Shown here in pieces: positions 1 through 12,439 of a stretch of 64,000 bases of DNA; position 1 is the stretch's first letter, and each line of letters opens with the position of its first letter. A program made the position numbers and the translations under genes. The notes under the pieces are model-generated. The model was not told the DNA's origin. It saw nothing but the letters and a program-made list of their open reading frames with translations, and did no database searches. The DNA is from Octopus bimaculoides. Its lineage: Eukaryota. The stretch is taken from the NCBI RefSeq assembly GCF_001194135.2, contig NC_068998.1, forward strand, positions 20,567,716 to 20,631,715, in the 5' to 3' direction.

Positions 1-55
1 CTTCAAATTGCATCCTAATTGGATAATATAGAGATACTTAACAAAAAAATATATA

Positions 56-438
56 GGCGCAGGAGTGGCTGTGTGTTAAGTAGCTTGCCTACCAACCACA
101 TGGTTCCGGGTTCAGTCCCACTGCGTGGCATCTTGGGCAAGTGTCTTCTACTATAGCCTTGGGCAGACTAAAGCCTTATGAGTGGATTTGGTAGACGGAA
201 ACTAAAAGAAGCCCGTCGTATATATGTATATATATGTGTGTGTGTGTGTGTGTCCCTAGCATTGCTTGACAACCGATGCTGGTGTGTTTATGTCCCTGTC
301 ACTTAGCGGTTCGGCAAAAGTGACCGATAAAATAAGTACTAGGCTTCCAAAGAATAAGTCCTGGGGTCGATTTGCTCGACTAAAGGCGGTGCTCCAGCAT
401 GGCCACAGTCAAATGACTGAAACAAGTAAAAGAGTAAA
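56..438 (+). mobile_element. tRNA-derived SINE, family A (near full length, internal (TA)n(TG)n)
   Basis: Head GGCGCAGGAGTGGCTGTGTG...GGTTCAGTCCC with A/B-box-like motifs, central microsatellite, tail ...CAAATGACTGAAACAAGTAAAAGAG. Near-identical copies at 46655 and 51710. Confidence 0.85.
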
Positions 439-1598
439 TAAAACTGATGGAGTCTCATCTGGAATTAACTCTAATAAAAGGTTTGCTAGATCAGTATTGA
501 TTTAAGGCTAAAATAATGATCATATGAAGTCACTAGAAATAACAGTCAAATCTACCTCAAATCACACCCAACTATCATTATCATGATGATGATCATCTTC
601 ATCATTTAACGCCCATTTTCCAAACTGGCATGGGTTGGATGGTTTGACTGGAGCTGGTAAAGCTGGGGATCACACCAGGTTCCATTGTGTTTAAAATTAG
701 TGGGGCACATTGTGTTAAGTAACCCTAAAAAACCTGTATCTGGATACAAATAAGGGGTGGTCATAGTTGAAACATTTTTTATCTAAAAAGAGACAACCAT
801 AAAGATATATGATGTTTAACCCTGAGTCTGCTGAGATCAAATAAATAGATCTATAATTGAAGATATTCCAGCCTTGACCATCTCCTCACTTTTGTATACC
901 CAAGACCACTGGCCAAGGGACAAAATTTGCTTGGGGATGCAAACCCAGGTCCAAAATATTTTACAAACAAGGACTTTTTAAAAAAATTTTGTTCATTGAT
1001 CTTTGAGAAGAAACTTAACTTCTAGCTACATTTTACAGATCACTTTTTACACAGTTTCTAAACCAGACAAAAATATGTAGGGATGCAAATTTTGATTTTG
1101 CACCTCCAAAATATTTTAGGTGGTGTGCTCGCACTCCCTACCTCCACTGTTACTGGGCCCATGCCCAAAACGCCATCATTCAATGTGTCCTCCATTTTGT
1201 AAGGGTAATGTGTAATTTGAGATATTTAGCTGCTATTTCTAGCAGGTTGCCAGTGGCTAAATATATTGATGGCAACTGAATAACAACATTGAAGTATCCA
1301 TCAATGGGTAGTGGTAATAACCGATTTTAGTGATGGAAGTGTACGTTGTCCTCTTCAGAACAGAGCTAATATTAAATAACAACAGACTGATTAAGTTAAA
1401 ATGGAGGAAAAACTCATCAAAAACAAACAATAAACAATTCTTATCTTTTTTTTAATTAATTAAAAGTCACCTAACCCTTTGTCTTCATTTGAAATTGTTG
1501 ATGAGAATTAGACATGTAGTAGCATAAATAGGAAAATTTACATATGATTATATAAGATAAAGGTTTGCAAAAATGAAAATATAAATTTGCATTGTAGT

Positions 1599-1604
1599 TT
1601 TATT
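1599..1604 (-). promoter_or_regulatory. candidate polyadenylation signal of the NHL gene
   Basis: AATAAA on the minus strand about 95 nt downstream of the stop codon at 1698, in AT-rich sequence. Confidence 0.4.
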
Positions 1605-1697
1605 ATATTTGAACATGTGAAAGCAAAAGGACTTACTGGAAAGGAAATTTGAAAATGAAATCTGGAAGAATTCAGAATTTTTATGGTGACTCCATAT

Positions 1698-2858
1698 TTA
1701 TAATCGTTCAGATCGGAAAGTTTGTTCGATTTCATTTGCTTTAGTAATATCAAAGAAAGCAATTTCGGTGGCTTTGCGTTCACCATGTGATACGCATAAT
1801 TTGTTGTCTGAGGTTAAGGCTAAGCCTTGCGGATGTCGTAATCTATGATAACTGCTAAGAGTCTCTCTAATCCACTGGCCTCGCTGATCAAAACAAGCTA
1901 TACGATCATTATAATGATCAGCAATTAAGACGTTCCCAGAATGGTCAATGCAAATACCATATGGGGAACGAAGAAATCCAGCATCACGTCCATAAGTACC
2001 TATGTTTGTGACAAGAATTCCATTTTTGTCAAATGCTTTCAGAGAATGATTACCAGAATCAGCAACAAAGATTAATCCATTTGGAGAAAATATTACATGC
2101 CTTGGAGAACGGAAAGGACAATTGTTCCTATCATTGGTAGGGTTTATTTCAAGAACGATGTTGAATTGTTTATCTAGAAGTGTCAGAGAATTACCCTGTT
2201 GGTCAGTGACAGCAAAGTATTCACCGAGAGGATCTTCAGAAATACCAAAGGGAGATGTGAAAGAACCCTGCCTATACGTATTCATGACTGTACCTTCTTT
2301 CGATAGAAGCATAATGCATTTCTGGACATGACTAGTTAGCACCACTTGTCGCTCTTTAGTCAAGGTTGCACAAACTGGATAAATGTTCTCCAGGTCACAA
2401 GTATTCAATAGCTTACCATTTGTGTCTAAGGTTTGAAGTCGATTATTGAACATATCAGTCAAAAGTAAGACATTGTTACCAATATACTTAACATCAGTTA
2501 CATCTCCAAGGTGACCAAGATCACGTCCTTTCTTTCCAAACCTCCAAAGCCCTACAGCATTTTTCAAATTTGAAAAATCTTCATCATACTGAAACAGTGT
2601 GTTGTCATATGCTTTACCTTCTGGTCTGCTAATCTGGAGCTGCTCAAAGAATTTACCATTTTTTCTCTCAGTTTTTGATACAGGCATAGTGGATTCGGTT
2701 TCCGTATTATATTTAAGCAAAATGCATTTTCTCTTGTATAACTTATCATCAGAATTTGACTTTTTACGAGAAAGTTCCTGACACTGTTCTACATCAGGGT
2801 TACCAAGTTTATTCAAACTTTCCAAAGATATTCCTCTGGTATCTGGAATTGAAATCAT
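1698..2858 (-). CDS. NHL-repeat (six-bladed beta-propeller) protein, TRIM2/3/71-type NHL domain; probably a terminal exon
   Basis: 386-aa uninterrupted ORF with NHL blades: FTSPFGISED, FRSPRHVIFSPNGLIFVADSGNHSLKAFD, LRSPYGICIDHSGNVLIADHYNDRI, LRHPQGLALTSDNKLCVS. No RING or B-box in the ORF. An acceptor-like TTTCAATTCCAG|AT puts an exon start at 2842 (phase 1). Confidence 0.9.
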   Translation of the reverse strand: MISIPDTRGISLESLNKLGNPDVEQCQELSRKKSNSDDKLYKRKCILLKYNTETESTMPVSKTERKNGKFFEQLQISRPEGKAYDNTLFQYDEDFSNLKNAVGLWRFGKKGRDLGHLGDVTDVKYIGNNVLLLTDMFNNRLQTLDTNGKLLNTCDLENIYPVCATLTKERQVVLTSHVQKCIMLLSKEGTVMNTYRQGSFTSPFGISEDPLGEYFAVTDQQGNSLTLLDKQFNIVLEINPTNDRNNCPFRSPRHVIFSPNGLIFVADSGNHSLKAFDKNGILVTNIGTYGRDAGFLRSPYGICIDHSGNVLIADHYNDRIACFDQRGQWIRETLSSYHRLRHPQGLALTSDNKLCVSHGERKATEIAFFDITKANEIEQTFRSERL

Positions 2859-3103
2859 AAAACATTATGAGTAATGATTGTCATATATATTTCACAAAGT
2901 ATGTGTGTGTATGTGTGTGTGTGTGTTAGAGCAATTTCAAAACTGCAATTTATTCTTTTCTTACACTGGTATAGGGTTACAAATTTTGGGAAGGATACAG
3001 TTGATTGGGCACAGTCACTATATACTAGGTACTAATTTAATTTACTTCCTTCTAGAACAGTAGTTATACAACTTATTTTATCATGGAACCCTTATACAAT
3101 TTT

Positions 3104-3469
3104 GGCGATCTTTCGGTACGAATTCCTAATTATCAGCATTTTCCGTAAAAAGTGTCTTCGGCAATCTTTACCAAAGATCGGCCTTTTCCGTAAAAAGTGT
3201 TGGAGAGAAACAGGGAAACGACGTCATAACAGCGAAAGACATACAAAGAGCGCAATTTATTTTGAAGGGTTTAGAGTTAGGGTGAGGGTTTTAGGGTTTG
3301 CGTTAGGGAATTCCGTCCCTAACCGTAACCCTGACACTAAAACCCTAACCCTAACACCGTAGTGAAGATCGTGCGGGTGTTACGGAAAAGGCCAATCTTT
3401 GGTAAAGATCGCCAAAGACACTTTTTACGGAAAAGGCCAATAATTAGGAACTCATACCGAAAGATCGCC
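3104..3469. mobile_element. MITE with about 100-bp TIRs and 8-bp TSD (Merlin-like)
   Basis: Ends GGCGATCTTTCGGTA...TACCGAAAGATCGCC. Perfect TSD ACAATTTT at 3096-3103 and 3470-3477. GG/CC termini with an 8-bp TSD fit Merlin. Confidence 0.8.
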
Positions 3470-3959
3470 ACAATTTTTAAAAAAGGAAAAAAATAACTCA
3501 CTGAACTCATTCCTATATTTAACGGATAATCTCCATGATTTTAATCTAAAGAAGATATTAAAGGAAACAAAAATTGTTTTACTCGACTCTTTTTGTTACC
3601 GACTACGCTCTGTCCTTCCCTTTCAGGATTCTACTCCTCTGAAATTCTGTCCCACCACATGCTTTTCTGCAGCCATCAGCTTGCAAATGTTCCAGAGGAA
3701 TGTTAACCCTGCTGATTTCACTGATGACCATTGACCAACGAAGGCCACAGGCATAGCCCATTCCAGCTCGATGGACAGCACTTAAACACCATCATTCAAA
3801 AGACTTCAACGCATACAGCACCTCTTGATTTTCGAATTATACAGGTAACAAAAGAGATAATGTAATATCAGCGTAACTAAAACCCCTTTTTGTATCCCCC
3901 AAAAAACCACAGCATATTTTAACTCGACACGCCAATTCTTCCCCTACGCCCCTCGACCT

Positions 3960-4475
3960 CACAAGTCTTCACGGCCTGTCTTGCTGCCCAAATGCTCGCC
4001 ACATCGAGCTAAATTTAATCATTAACATCCCCTCAGTTCTGGAGCCGTCGGGGGTTATCCAGAAGTGATAGAAAGAGACCAGATGGTTAAAAGTAGTTGC
4101 CTCATTTGGGATGCCAAAGTCTGCAACTCCTTCGCTCCTTGCCACATCCTGGATGCTGCAGTTAATGGGAGGGTCACTGATTCCGTAGTCGAACGGAAGA
4201 AAACCCTGACGTGCCGGGACCTGATAGTGAACTATCTTTTCCAACCTGTGGTGTTTGAGACGTTCGGAGGGATTGGGCCACTAACCGCTAAGTTCTTGAC
4301 AACGTTGGCAGCTCGCCTCACCGAAGTATCAGGTGATGCCCGTGAGGGCGCTTGGCTTTCCCAAAGCCTTCGCCTCTCCAATGCCCGTGGTAACGGTATG
4401 AGCGTGCTGGCTTGCTTCAAGAAGTTCCGTTAAACCTTGCAGTGTGCGACCAGTTGCTATGATAAAAAAAAAAAA
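3960..4475 (+). mobile_element. 3' fragment of a CRE-like non-LTR retrotransposon (restriction-like endonuclease) with A-tail
   Basis: Translates to HGLSC..RH..LN..IPSVLEPSGLSRSDRKRPDG..IWDA..ERKK..YLFQPVVFETFGGIG..ARGNGMSVLAC (zinc-knuckle remnant plus PD..D..E.K). A-run at about 4464-4475. Confidence 0.75.
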
Positions 4476-4771
4476 TTCCCACAAATGGTTTCAATGCAGT
4501 TTTAACAGAAAGATTTGGAAGAATTAGATGAACGTTCTCCGGTAATTTTCTTTCATGTAAATAAATGTTCATGTTAATTTTAAAATTTGCCAGCAAAATC
4601 TTACAAAATGAAAATGTTCTAAAAAATTTTCTAAAATTAAAATTGCTTAACTTTCCTCGCAATTATCACAAAAGACTCGTACATCAATGAAGAAAACAAA
4701 CATTTTTTCAAAACTTGAAAACAAGTTCCTCTAAGGAACAAAATAAAGATTTTCAAAATTCTACAATACCT

Positions 4772-5136
4772 TGTAGTAACGCTGTGCGCATGCGTAGTCT
4801 CACGCATGCGTGGAATTCAACAACCAAATTTCCCGCTTCATTCTACCTCTTTCTTGCTGGCCAGCGATTGAGCAAGGGCGTGTTTAGCTGTCTATCTCCA
4901 TCTTTCGAACTTACGCTAGATAGCTCGCTCACATCTACATACCAACGTCCCAACAACCATACTCACACACACAGAAGACGTCTCAACAAACAAGAGCTAA
5001 AGATGTATATATTTACCACCTTGAATAAATGTTGTTTGTGTTGATAGTCTGGAGTTCAGCGTTCCGTTATAATTCTTAATTTTATATAGGAAAGTCAGGT
5101 ATACATCTAATGATGTATAACCCACTTTCCTATAAA
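4772..5136 (+). mobile_element. 5' LTR of an LTR retrotransposon (interior lost in the gap)
   Basis: Starts TGTAGT, has a TATA-like TATATATTTA and AATAAA at 5024-5029, and is directly followed by a primer-binding site. Confidence 0.7.
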
Positions 5137-5137
5137 G

Positions 5138-5159
5138 TGGTGACCCCGACGTGATTCGA
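5138..5159 (+). promoter_or_regulatory. primer-binding site complementary to the tRNA-Trp 3' end
   Basis: TGGTGACCCCGACGTGATTCGA is the reverse complement of the eukaryotic tRNA-Trp 3' end (...AAUCACGUCGGGGUCACCA). Confidence 0.85.
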
Positions 5160-6603
5160 NNNNNNNNNNNNNNNNNNNNNNNNNNNNNNNNNNNNNNNNN
5201 NNNNNNNNNNNNNNNNNNNNNNNNNNNNNNNNNNNNNNNNNNNNNNNNNNNNNNNNNNNNNNNNNNNNNNNNNNNNNNNNNNNNNNNNNNNNNNNNNNNN
5301 NNNNNNNNNNNNNNNNNNNNNNNNNNNNNNNNNNNNNNNNNNNNNNNNNNNNNNNNNNNNNNNNNNNNNNNNNNNNNNNNNNNNNNNNNNNNNNNNNNNN
5401 NNNNNNNNNNNNNNNNNNNNNNNNNNNNNNNNNNNNNNNNNNNNNNNNNNNNNNNNNNNNNNNNNNNNNNNNNNNNNNNNNNNNNNNNNNNNNNNNNNNN
5501 NNNNNNNNNNNNNNNNNNNNNNNNNNNNNNNNNNNNNNNNNNNNNNNNNNNNNNNNNNNNNNNNNNNNNNNNNNNNNNNNNNNNNNNNNNNNNNNNNNNN
5601 NNNNNNNNNNNNNNNNNNNNNNNNNNNNNNNNNNNNNNNNNNNNNNNNNNNNNNNNNNNNNNNNNNNNNNNNNNNNNNNNNNNNNNNNNNNNNNNNNNNN
5701 NNNNNNNNNNNNNNNNNNNNNNNNNNNNNNNNNNNNNNNNNNNNNNNNNNNNNNNNNNNNNNNNNNNNNNNNNNNNNNNNNNNNNNNNNNNNNNNNNNNN
5801 NNNNNNNNNNNNNNNNNNNNNNNNNNNNNNNNNNNNNNNNNNNNNNNNNNNNNNNNNNNNNNNNNNNNNNNNNNNNNNNNNNNNNNNNNNNNNNNNNNNN
5901 NNNNNNNNNNNNNNNNNNNNNNNNNNNNNNNNNNNNNNNNNNNNNNNNNNNNNNNNNNNNNNNNNNNNNNNNNNNNNNNNNNNNNNNNNNNNNNNNNNNN
6001 NNNNNNNNNNNNNNNNNNNNNNATTACCACCACACATACAGAACACAGCTATATTACAGTTCCTGCGTATTAATATTCCAAATTTCCTTGTGTAACTTTT
6101 ATAGAATATTCCGTACCAGGTAACCGGTCACAACTAGCATCCGACGCTCAACTACAGCTCTGCTCATGGACCACAACTTCCTGCGTATGGACATTCTATC
6201 TCCTTGTGGAATTTTTATACGAACTGGTTTTCTCCATCTCAGTGTTTTAAGACTTTTCACAGTCTGTTACAGACACTTTTACAATGTTCTGTGTTTTTTT
6301 CTCACACACACTTGTGCACTCATACATTTTCTTTCCCTTCAGTAAAAACAAACACTCAGACTTTCACATTCCGTGATTCCACACCAAATCACAAGTATAT
6401 ATATAAGACTCCTAGGGCCTGAAGGTATCGTTGTAGTTATCAACATCTCATACCAATATTGTCAAATTCAAAGAACCTAGAAGTGAGGCGAAATCATAAC
6501 AATTCTAAAACCAAATAAAAACCCAAGCAAAGTTGCATCATACAGACTCAGCATGTACACATACGTACACTTTTAAAATTCCAAAAATTTAACAGCCCAT
6601 ATC

Positions 6604-6963
6604 TTGTTGTTGGCACTCCGTCACTTACGACGTCGAGGGTTCCAGTCGATCCGATCAACGGAACAGCCTGCTCGTGAAATTAACGTGCAAGTGGCTGAGC
6701 ACTCCACAGACACGTGTACCCTTAACGTAGTTCTCGGGGATATTCAGTGTGACAAGGCTGACCCTTTGAATTACAGGCACAACAGAAACAGAAAGTAAGA
6801 GTGAGAGAAAGTTGTGGTGAAAGAGTACAGCAGGGTTCACCACCATCCCCTGCAGGAGCCTCATGGAGCTTTAGGTGCTTTCGCTCAATAAACACTCACA
6901 ACACCCAGTCTGGGAATCGAAACCGCGAGTTCGCTGCCCTAACCACTGGGCCATTGCGCCTCC
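6604..6963 (-). mobile_element. tRNA-derived SINE, family B
   Basis: Head GGAGGCGCAATGGCCCAGTGGTTAGGG...GGTTTCGATTCCC and (CAA)n tail. Second copy at 40740-41049; fragment near 60590-60650. Confidence 0.8.
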
Positions 6964-6989
6964 ACTGACAGCCCATATCACCCTCACTA

Positions 6990-7860
6990 AATCGCAACAC
7001 GAGCTTAGACCACTACACTCAATCACAAAACTGCTCACAAAATTACACAACCAAAAAGCCCGCATCATTCTGACTTCATCAGCAGGTTTATTTTGCCCTT
7101 TTACCAGGTATTTTACTCGTACAAAAGAGTTCAACTCTTCCTTAAGAAATAACATAAAACATTGGCGAGTAAAGTACCCCACTCAGACTGCCAAGCCTAT
7201 GGAGTTTGCAAGGAAACACTTCCAAAACTTTCAAACCGATTGGAATGCTGTGAGGATCCGTTCTCTCAGTTGCTCTTCAACCCATATTTACACGACCTTC
7301 TCTACAAAACACACAAGCAACCTCACACGCAGATATCACACTCACATCCTCCAACCATTCTCAAAACACTGCCACACAACTACCCTAAACCTGTTTAAAT
7401 CATTCAGAAACATAACTTCGCAACAAGAGTCTTAATGTAACTCTCATCAAATCCATTGTATCTCTCCTAACCAGCAACACCAAAGCACAAATACAATCAA
7501 CTCTCACAGAGCTACGTAGAGTTTCCTGCACAACATTAACAGTCAAGTAAGCAAAATGATGCGCAAACATATTTAGGTGCCACATATGACCAACACCAAG
7601 AAATGACAATGGTGTACAAAGAATATTAGAGCTATCGTGGACTCTGCTACTCTCTTCACAACAAACCAAAATAAATAATCACAAAACAGTGTACGGTGCA
7701 CCTTAATTAGGTACTCAAACCACTTGCACAACGAAACAAAAATAACTAATAATGCAAGATATGCAAACGGCGCAGTTTGTTTGTGCGGCAAGCTTCAAAC
7801 ATCACAGTTCATGTTAATACAAGGGGAAAACGCCTGCAAAAACACCCAGAACAATGCTCT
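6990..7860 (+). mobile_element. heavily decayed LINE RT/C-terminal region (I/Jockey/Ingi-like)
   Basis: Remnant motifs DPFSQLLFNPYLHDLL (cf. GDPLSPLLFN), HAD-ITL (cf. YADD), TYLG.T.D and a C-terminal CLCGKLQT zinc-knuckle-like motif; many frameshifts. Confidence 0.45.
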
Positions 7861-10018
7861 AGAATACTTCCTGATACCCTAAAGATACAATCGTTCTCAC
7901 TCAACCCAGAAAAGAATACAGAACATATTACATAGAAATACCTACAACATCAATAACTTCACTGGCGCCCACTTCGACGCCGCTGTAATCGACCCCAGGA
8001 TCTACAGAAACACGGAATTAGACTGAACTGTGTGTATATGTTCAGACTGTACTTCAGAATGATTCATCATAATGGCGTGTGCAGTATAATCTTCAGGCAG
8101 ATAGATCACTGAGCCGATTCTCGTCTTTCGGCCGACTGTCTGCGTGGCATACGGGTGTTTTCGATCAAAGATAACAACAGGTACATATGAACGTATGCGG
8201 AAGCCTCTGCGTCTTTGTTCGACTTACTCGAAATAGCAACCAAATCTTCCTCAAAACCACGCCCTACAGCGCTTTTAGAAAGAACATATTTGACCAATGT
8301 ACTTTTAGATTGACTGTGTCTGAATAAAGACGCGATGGTTAAGGTTGGAGTGTCTGAAGTCAGTAGTCTTTTCGAACATAAACAAACCTGGGGCAAACAA
8401 CAAGTGGTATTTTACCAATCCTCCAATTTTTCCTCGGCAGTATTCGAACACAGATATTTGAGGTTGAGGCTGACACTGAATTCCATAACGCATTTCTGTA
8501 TTACTATTGCTAGCGAACCAACAAGGTTAAGAAAAAAAAAGTGGGGTAAAATTTCCCTTGAATTACATAAAGACGAGATCATCAGAGCTGAATGCTTTTC
8601 CACATGAAACTACTTAGGCATGGCAGATTTGGCGAGTAACAAATGATTATTTGTAGTAGAAGTAAGCTAACTGGGACACACGAACTGGCAGAATAGTTAA
8701 GAGTACAAGACAAAATATCACACGATAGTTACATTCTGAATTTGAGTCCAGCTGACGTCAACTTTAATTAGTACTTTTGTTACAATGACATTCACATTTA
8801 AGATGAATTACAGGAATTTCGGTCGACCCAAAATCTAAGAAGTACTTTTATCTTAAGGACCGCGACTGGATGAATCGTTCTGGGTCGTTAAAATCAAATG
8901 CTAGTCAGATACCGGATCAATAGATATTCTTATAATGCACCATAAATGTGAATGAAATTATAATAGAAAACTCTAGCGATGAGCACGATAGATTATCCAA
9001 TTTACTAACAAGTAAATATTGATATTTTTTTTTTTACACAGCAAAAATATGTGATGGGTTTGGTCGATTATATCAACCCCCCAGTACTCAACTGGTTTTA
9101 TAAGAAACGTGGATGTAGGCAATCAAATACTGCCTGGTGCTTTTTTCGTCATTCTAATGTAGTAACAGCAACAATTTAATATTATTGAATAAAATTATCT
9201 AGAATTTTACTGGCACTAATTTTATCATCATGTCTTCTTAGCTACTCCGTGTACGTCGAGCTATAATTCTAAGCTCAGTAAGATGAAACGTTTAAAATAG
9301 TAAGACATCAAACGATTTATATTGCAAAACATTTACTCGGATTTCTATCAGTTGAACCAAATCCATTGATAACCTAATAAAAAATAACGATGACGGTGTT
9401 ACACGCAACAGAAAATACTATCCCGTTAGAAAGTGCAAGAAAAATACTTGTGTACGCGCGCGCGTGAACACATATATGTGTAACGGTTATAGGATTGCAC
9501 GATGAAGATCATTTTTTTTATAAGAAAATATTTATTTATGCCGTTACATTCTAGGTTGCCATACCTCGACGGGTAGGCCAGTGTAATAGTATATAAAACA
9601 TGCAAGGTTGAGAATGTAGGCCTGTATCTGTATGTTCCTTCTTTTATAGCAGTAATTGTATAGAGGGAGAGATGGTAGGGTTATAATGTTGGCGCCGTTG
9701 TCTGACAGTAAAGTTATTTCTCCCTCTGCCAAGTTGTAGCTGATCAGCCAGGCATCTTTCTCCATGAGACGTCAAGTGACCACTGGTCACTAGAAAGTGA
9801 AAAGAGGAAGTTTTCTTGGAGTGTCCTGTTTATATAGCCATGAAGCAGGGCAGTGAGTGCAAAGGATTTAGCTTGTTTACCTCAATTCTAGATGGAGCAG
9901 AAGAGGTCAGAAAAGGGTCAAGTGGTGGAGACCGCTTCGGCCTAGCTATTCAAATATGGGTAAAGTGGATCGAATCCACTTCACGCCTGCCAGGTTCCTA
10001 TATATGTATGCGTCAATG

Positions 10019-10148
10019 CACTAGCGTAGCTATAGTGTGCCGCCCGGAGTTGCCCTTCCGTTTGCCGTCCCGGACCTCACAAAAAACACAGATTGCCTAC
10101 AGCAGACCCAAAAGTGCCACCCTTACCTCCCCACCAGCTACGCTAGCG
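10019..10148. mobile_element. 130-bp hAT-like MITE
   Basis: TIR CACTAGCGTAGCT / AGCTACGCTAGCG; 8-bp TSD CGTCAATG / AGTCAATG (7/8). Confidence 0.65.
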
Positions 10149-10973
10149 AGTCAATGCTGTCTTAATTCTGATCTATATATGCTGTGGCTTGCTATCAAAA
10201 ATATATACTATAGGACCCGGCGCAGATTTGTCCAGGGGCCCATAATGCTGCCAAGACTGCTCTGAAGAAAGCGTGTGTGCGTGTACTCCATTTCAGAATG
10301 GTTGCTGACAAGACCAAATGCGTATTTTGGTGTTGACTTGAGATTTAGAAAGATCAGAGCTGTATTGTTTTACCCTATCATCTCTAGCGGTGATCCTATG
10401 AACCAAGGCATTTCAACCATGGCACTGTAGTCTTTTCGTCTGACAAAGAGTACATGGAACTACATAAATACAAAGTTGCCCTCCATTTGTTTTTCTTTCA
10501 ATAAACGTCTGTGGTTTGAAGGAAATTTGGGTGCTGTTTCTAGAAAGTCAAATAGCCAAGTAGAAGATCCCCCTCATTTGCTTGTACAGAGCTATAGCAT
10601 TTGATAGCATAAAAAACGCACGGGCATATTAGGTACACCCTGATTTCAGCAGCGCATATTTAAGGAAAAACAGTGCTTTTTTTGTATGTGTGTATTAAAA
10701 CATAATATAGGCTCAACGGTTAATATGCAGTTTAGTGCAATAGAGATCTTGGAGTGACAAGGAAAAGCCTCAAGTTCGTTATATCTATTTAACACGAAAA
10801 CGATGCATAGAATAACTATAGTTTTTACCACATGTCATACAAATACAATGGAAATAAAGTATCATTCGTTCAGTATTGTCACTTGAGTTTCTTGGCGAAC
10901 ATCCATCGCCCTCCGACAGTCTGTACATGGATGTTCTCATCGTTGGATCAACAAAATTTAAAGAATGGTTCAC

Positions 10974-11007
<34 letters not shown>

Positions 11008-11892
11008 CCTAAACTAACATAGAAACCCCACCCATCGTATATCAAACGCGTTTCTGTGGCTTTTCACTGATGTTCGTTGTTGCAGTATACTATGCTGCAG
11101 CAGTGTACCCCAGCTGCTATTTCAGAAATGTTCATGTTATCAGCAGAAGATTTTATTTACGACACTAAACTGTATCTTAACCAGCCCAACTTCGCATATA
11201 GGACCCGAAGAGATTTTTGTGGGGTGAGTTCGATTCTATTGCACACAACCTGGGGCAAGTCTCTTCTAACACTGCCTTGAATTTCTCCTAGTCTTACGAG
11301 TAGACTTTAGTCATTTGTGAGTGATTAAAACTAAATAGAAGCCCATCGGAGTGCTCTTGTTGGTAGATCTTGACTCAATTCATTGTCCAATTTAACACCA
11401 CCTCCCAGCCCTTGAGTGTCTTTAACAGAGTCCACTCTGTTGCAAGCTTTTGAGCTAGGTTTTCAGACCGAGAAACTTTCTCACATCCTCCCATTAGTCC
11501 GATAGACATGAATCCCTTTTCTCGGGGATGGTTAAAGAAGGTATCTTTCAGTTAAGACAGCTACTAGGAAGTCCGTCACTTACAAAGAAGAAAAAAAAAG
11601 GGGAATTATAGAAAACAATTCTATAAGTGGTAGTTAGAATTTGACTATGTGTGTATGCAACAGCAAGTTGTCTCGGAAGGGAATAAAAATATGAGAAATA
11701 GAGTTGTGATTTTTTTTACAAGAGAATATGTAAAAAAAGTGGTGGGGGCAATGTGGGAGAAAAACAGCGACACTAAATCTCCAAATAAACTAAATCAGCC
11801 ATCTGCATTTGATAAGTTTTGTAATATCTAATGATATTGTAATATTTTTACGGGTGTATCAACGAGTCCCAACTTGGATAACCATAATAATC

Positions 11893-12293
11893 CTTTCTAC
11901 TGTAGGCACAAGGCCCGAAATATGGGGGAGGGGACTCGTCGATTACGTCGACCACGGTGTTTCACTGGTACTTAATTTATCGAAACCTAGAAGATGAAAG
12001 GCAAAGTCGACCTCGGCGGAATTTGAACCTTAAGCATTTCGCCCGGCGTGCTAACGATTCTTATTTCTTTATTGCCCACAAGGGGCTAAACATAGAGGGG
12101 ACAAACAAGGACAGACAAAGGGATTAAGTCGATTACATCGACCCCAGTGCGCAACTGGTACTTAATTTATCGACCCCGAAAGGATGAAAGGCAAAGTTGA
12201 CCTCGGCGGAATTTGAACTCAGAACGTAACGGCAGACGAAATACCACTAAGTATTTCGTCCAGCGTGCTAACGATTCTGCCAGCTCGCCGCCT
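11893..12293 (-). mobile_element. SINE family C, two adjacent copies (one truncated, one full)
   Basis: Head AGGCGGCGAGCTGGCAGAATCGTTAGCAC...GAGTTCAAATTCC and core GCCTTTCATCCTTTCGGGGTCGATAAATTAAGTACC. Further copies near 27215, 29360, 30401, 48153, 49375 and 54476. Confidence 0.8.
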
Positions 12294-12439
12294 AAATATG
12301 ACCATAATCGAAATAATGTTGAAGAAATGAAAAAAAATGTGGAAAAAGAAATGGTTAAAACAGTTACGAGGTAGGAGGGATACTTTCTTATTGTGGCGAA
12401 AATTCTTTTAGTAAAGACCATACCGCTCTGGAGGTTTCC

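Noticed and set aside
4997-6095. Long ORFs spanning N-runs (also at 15.3-16.4, 19.2-20.3, 21.4-21.9, 27.9-28.2, 38.7-39.1, 46.7-47.5 and 62.1-62.9 kb)
   Set aside because: They are open only because N codons contain no stops; these are assembly gaps.
8106-8607. Overlapping 60-96 aa ORFs
   Set aside because: No recognisable motif, and part of the sequence is a family D repeat core (GATTTGGTTGCTATTTCGAG).
9661-10010. Purine tract followed by TGGCGCCGTTGTC, suggesting an LTR or PBS; ORF 9816-10265
   Set aside because: No clear TG..CA pair, TSD or full tRNA match; the ORF runs through a MITE.
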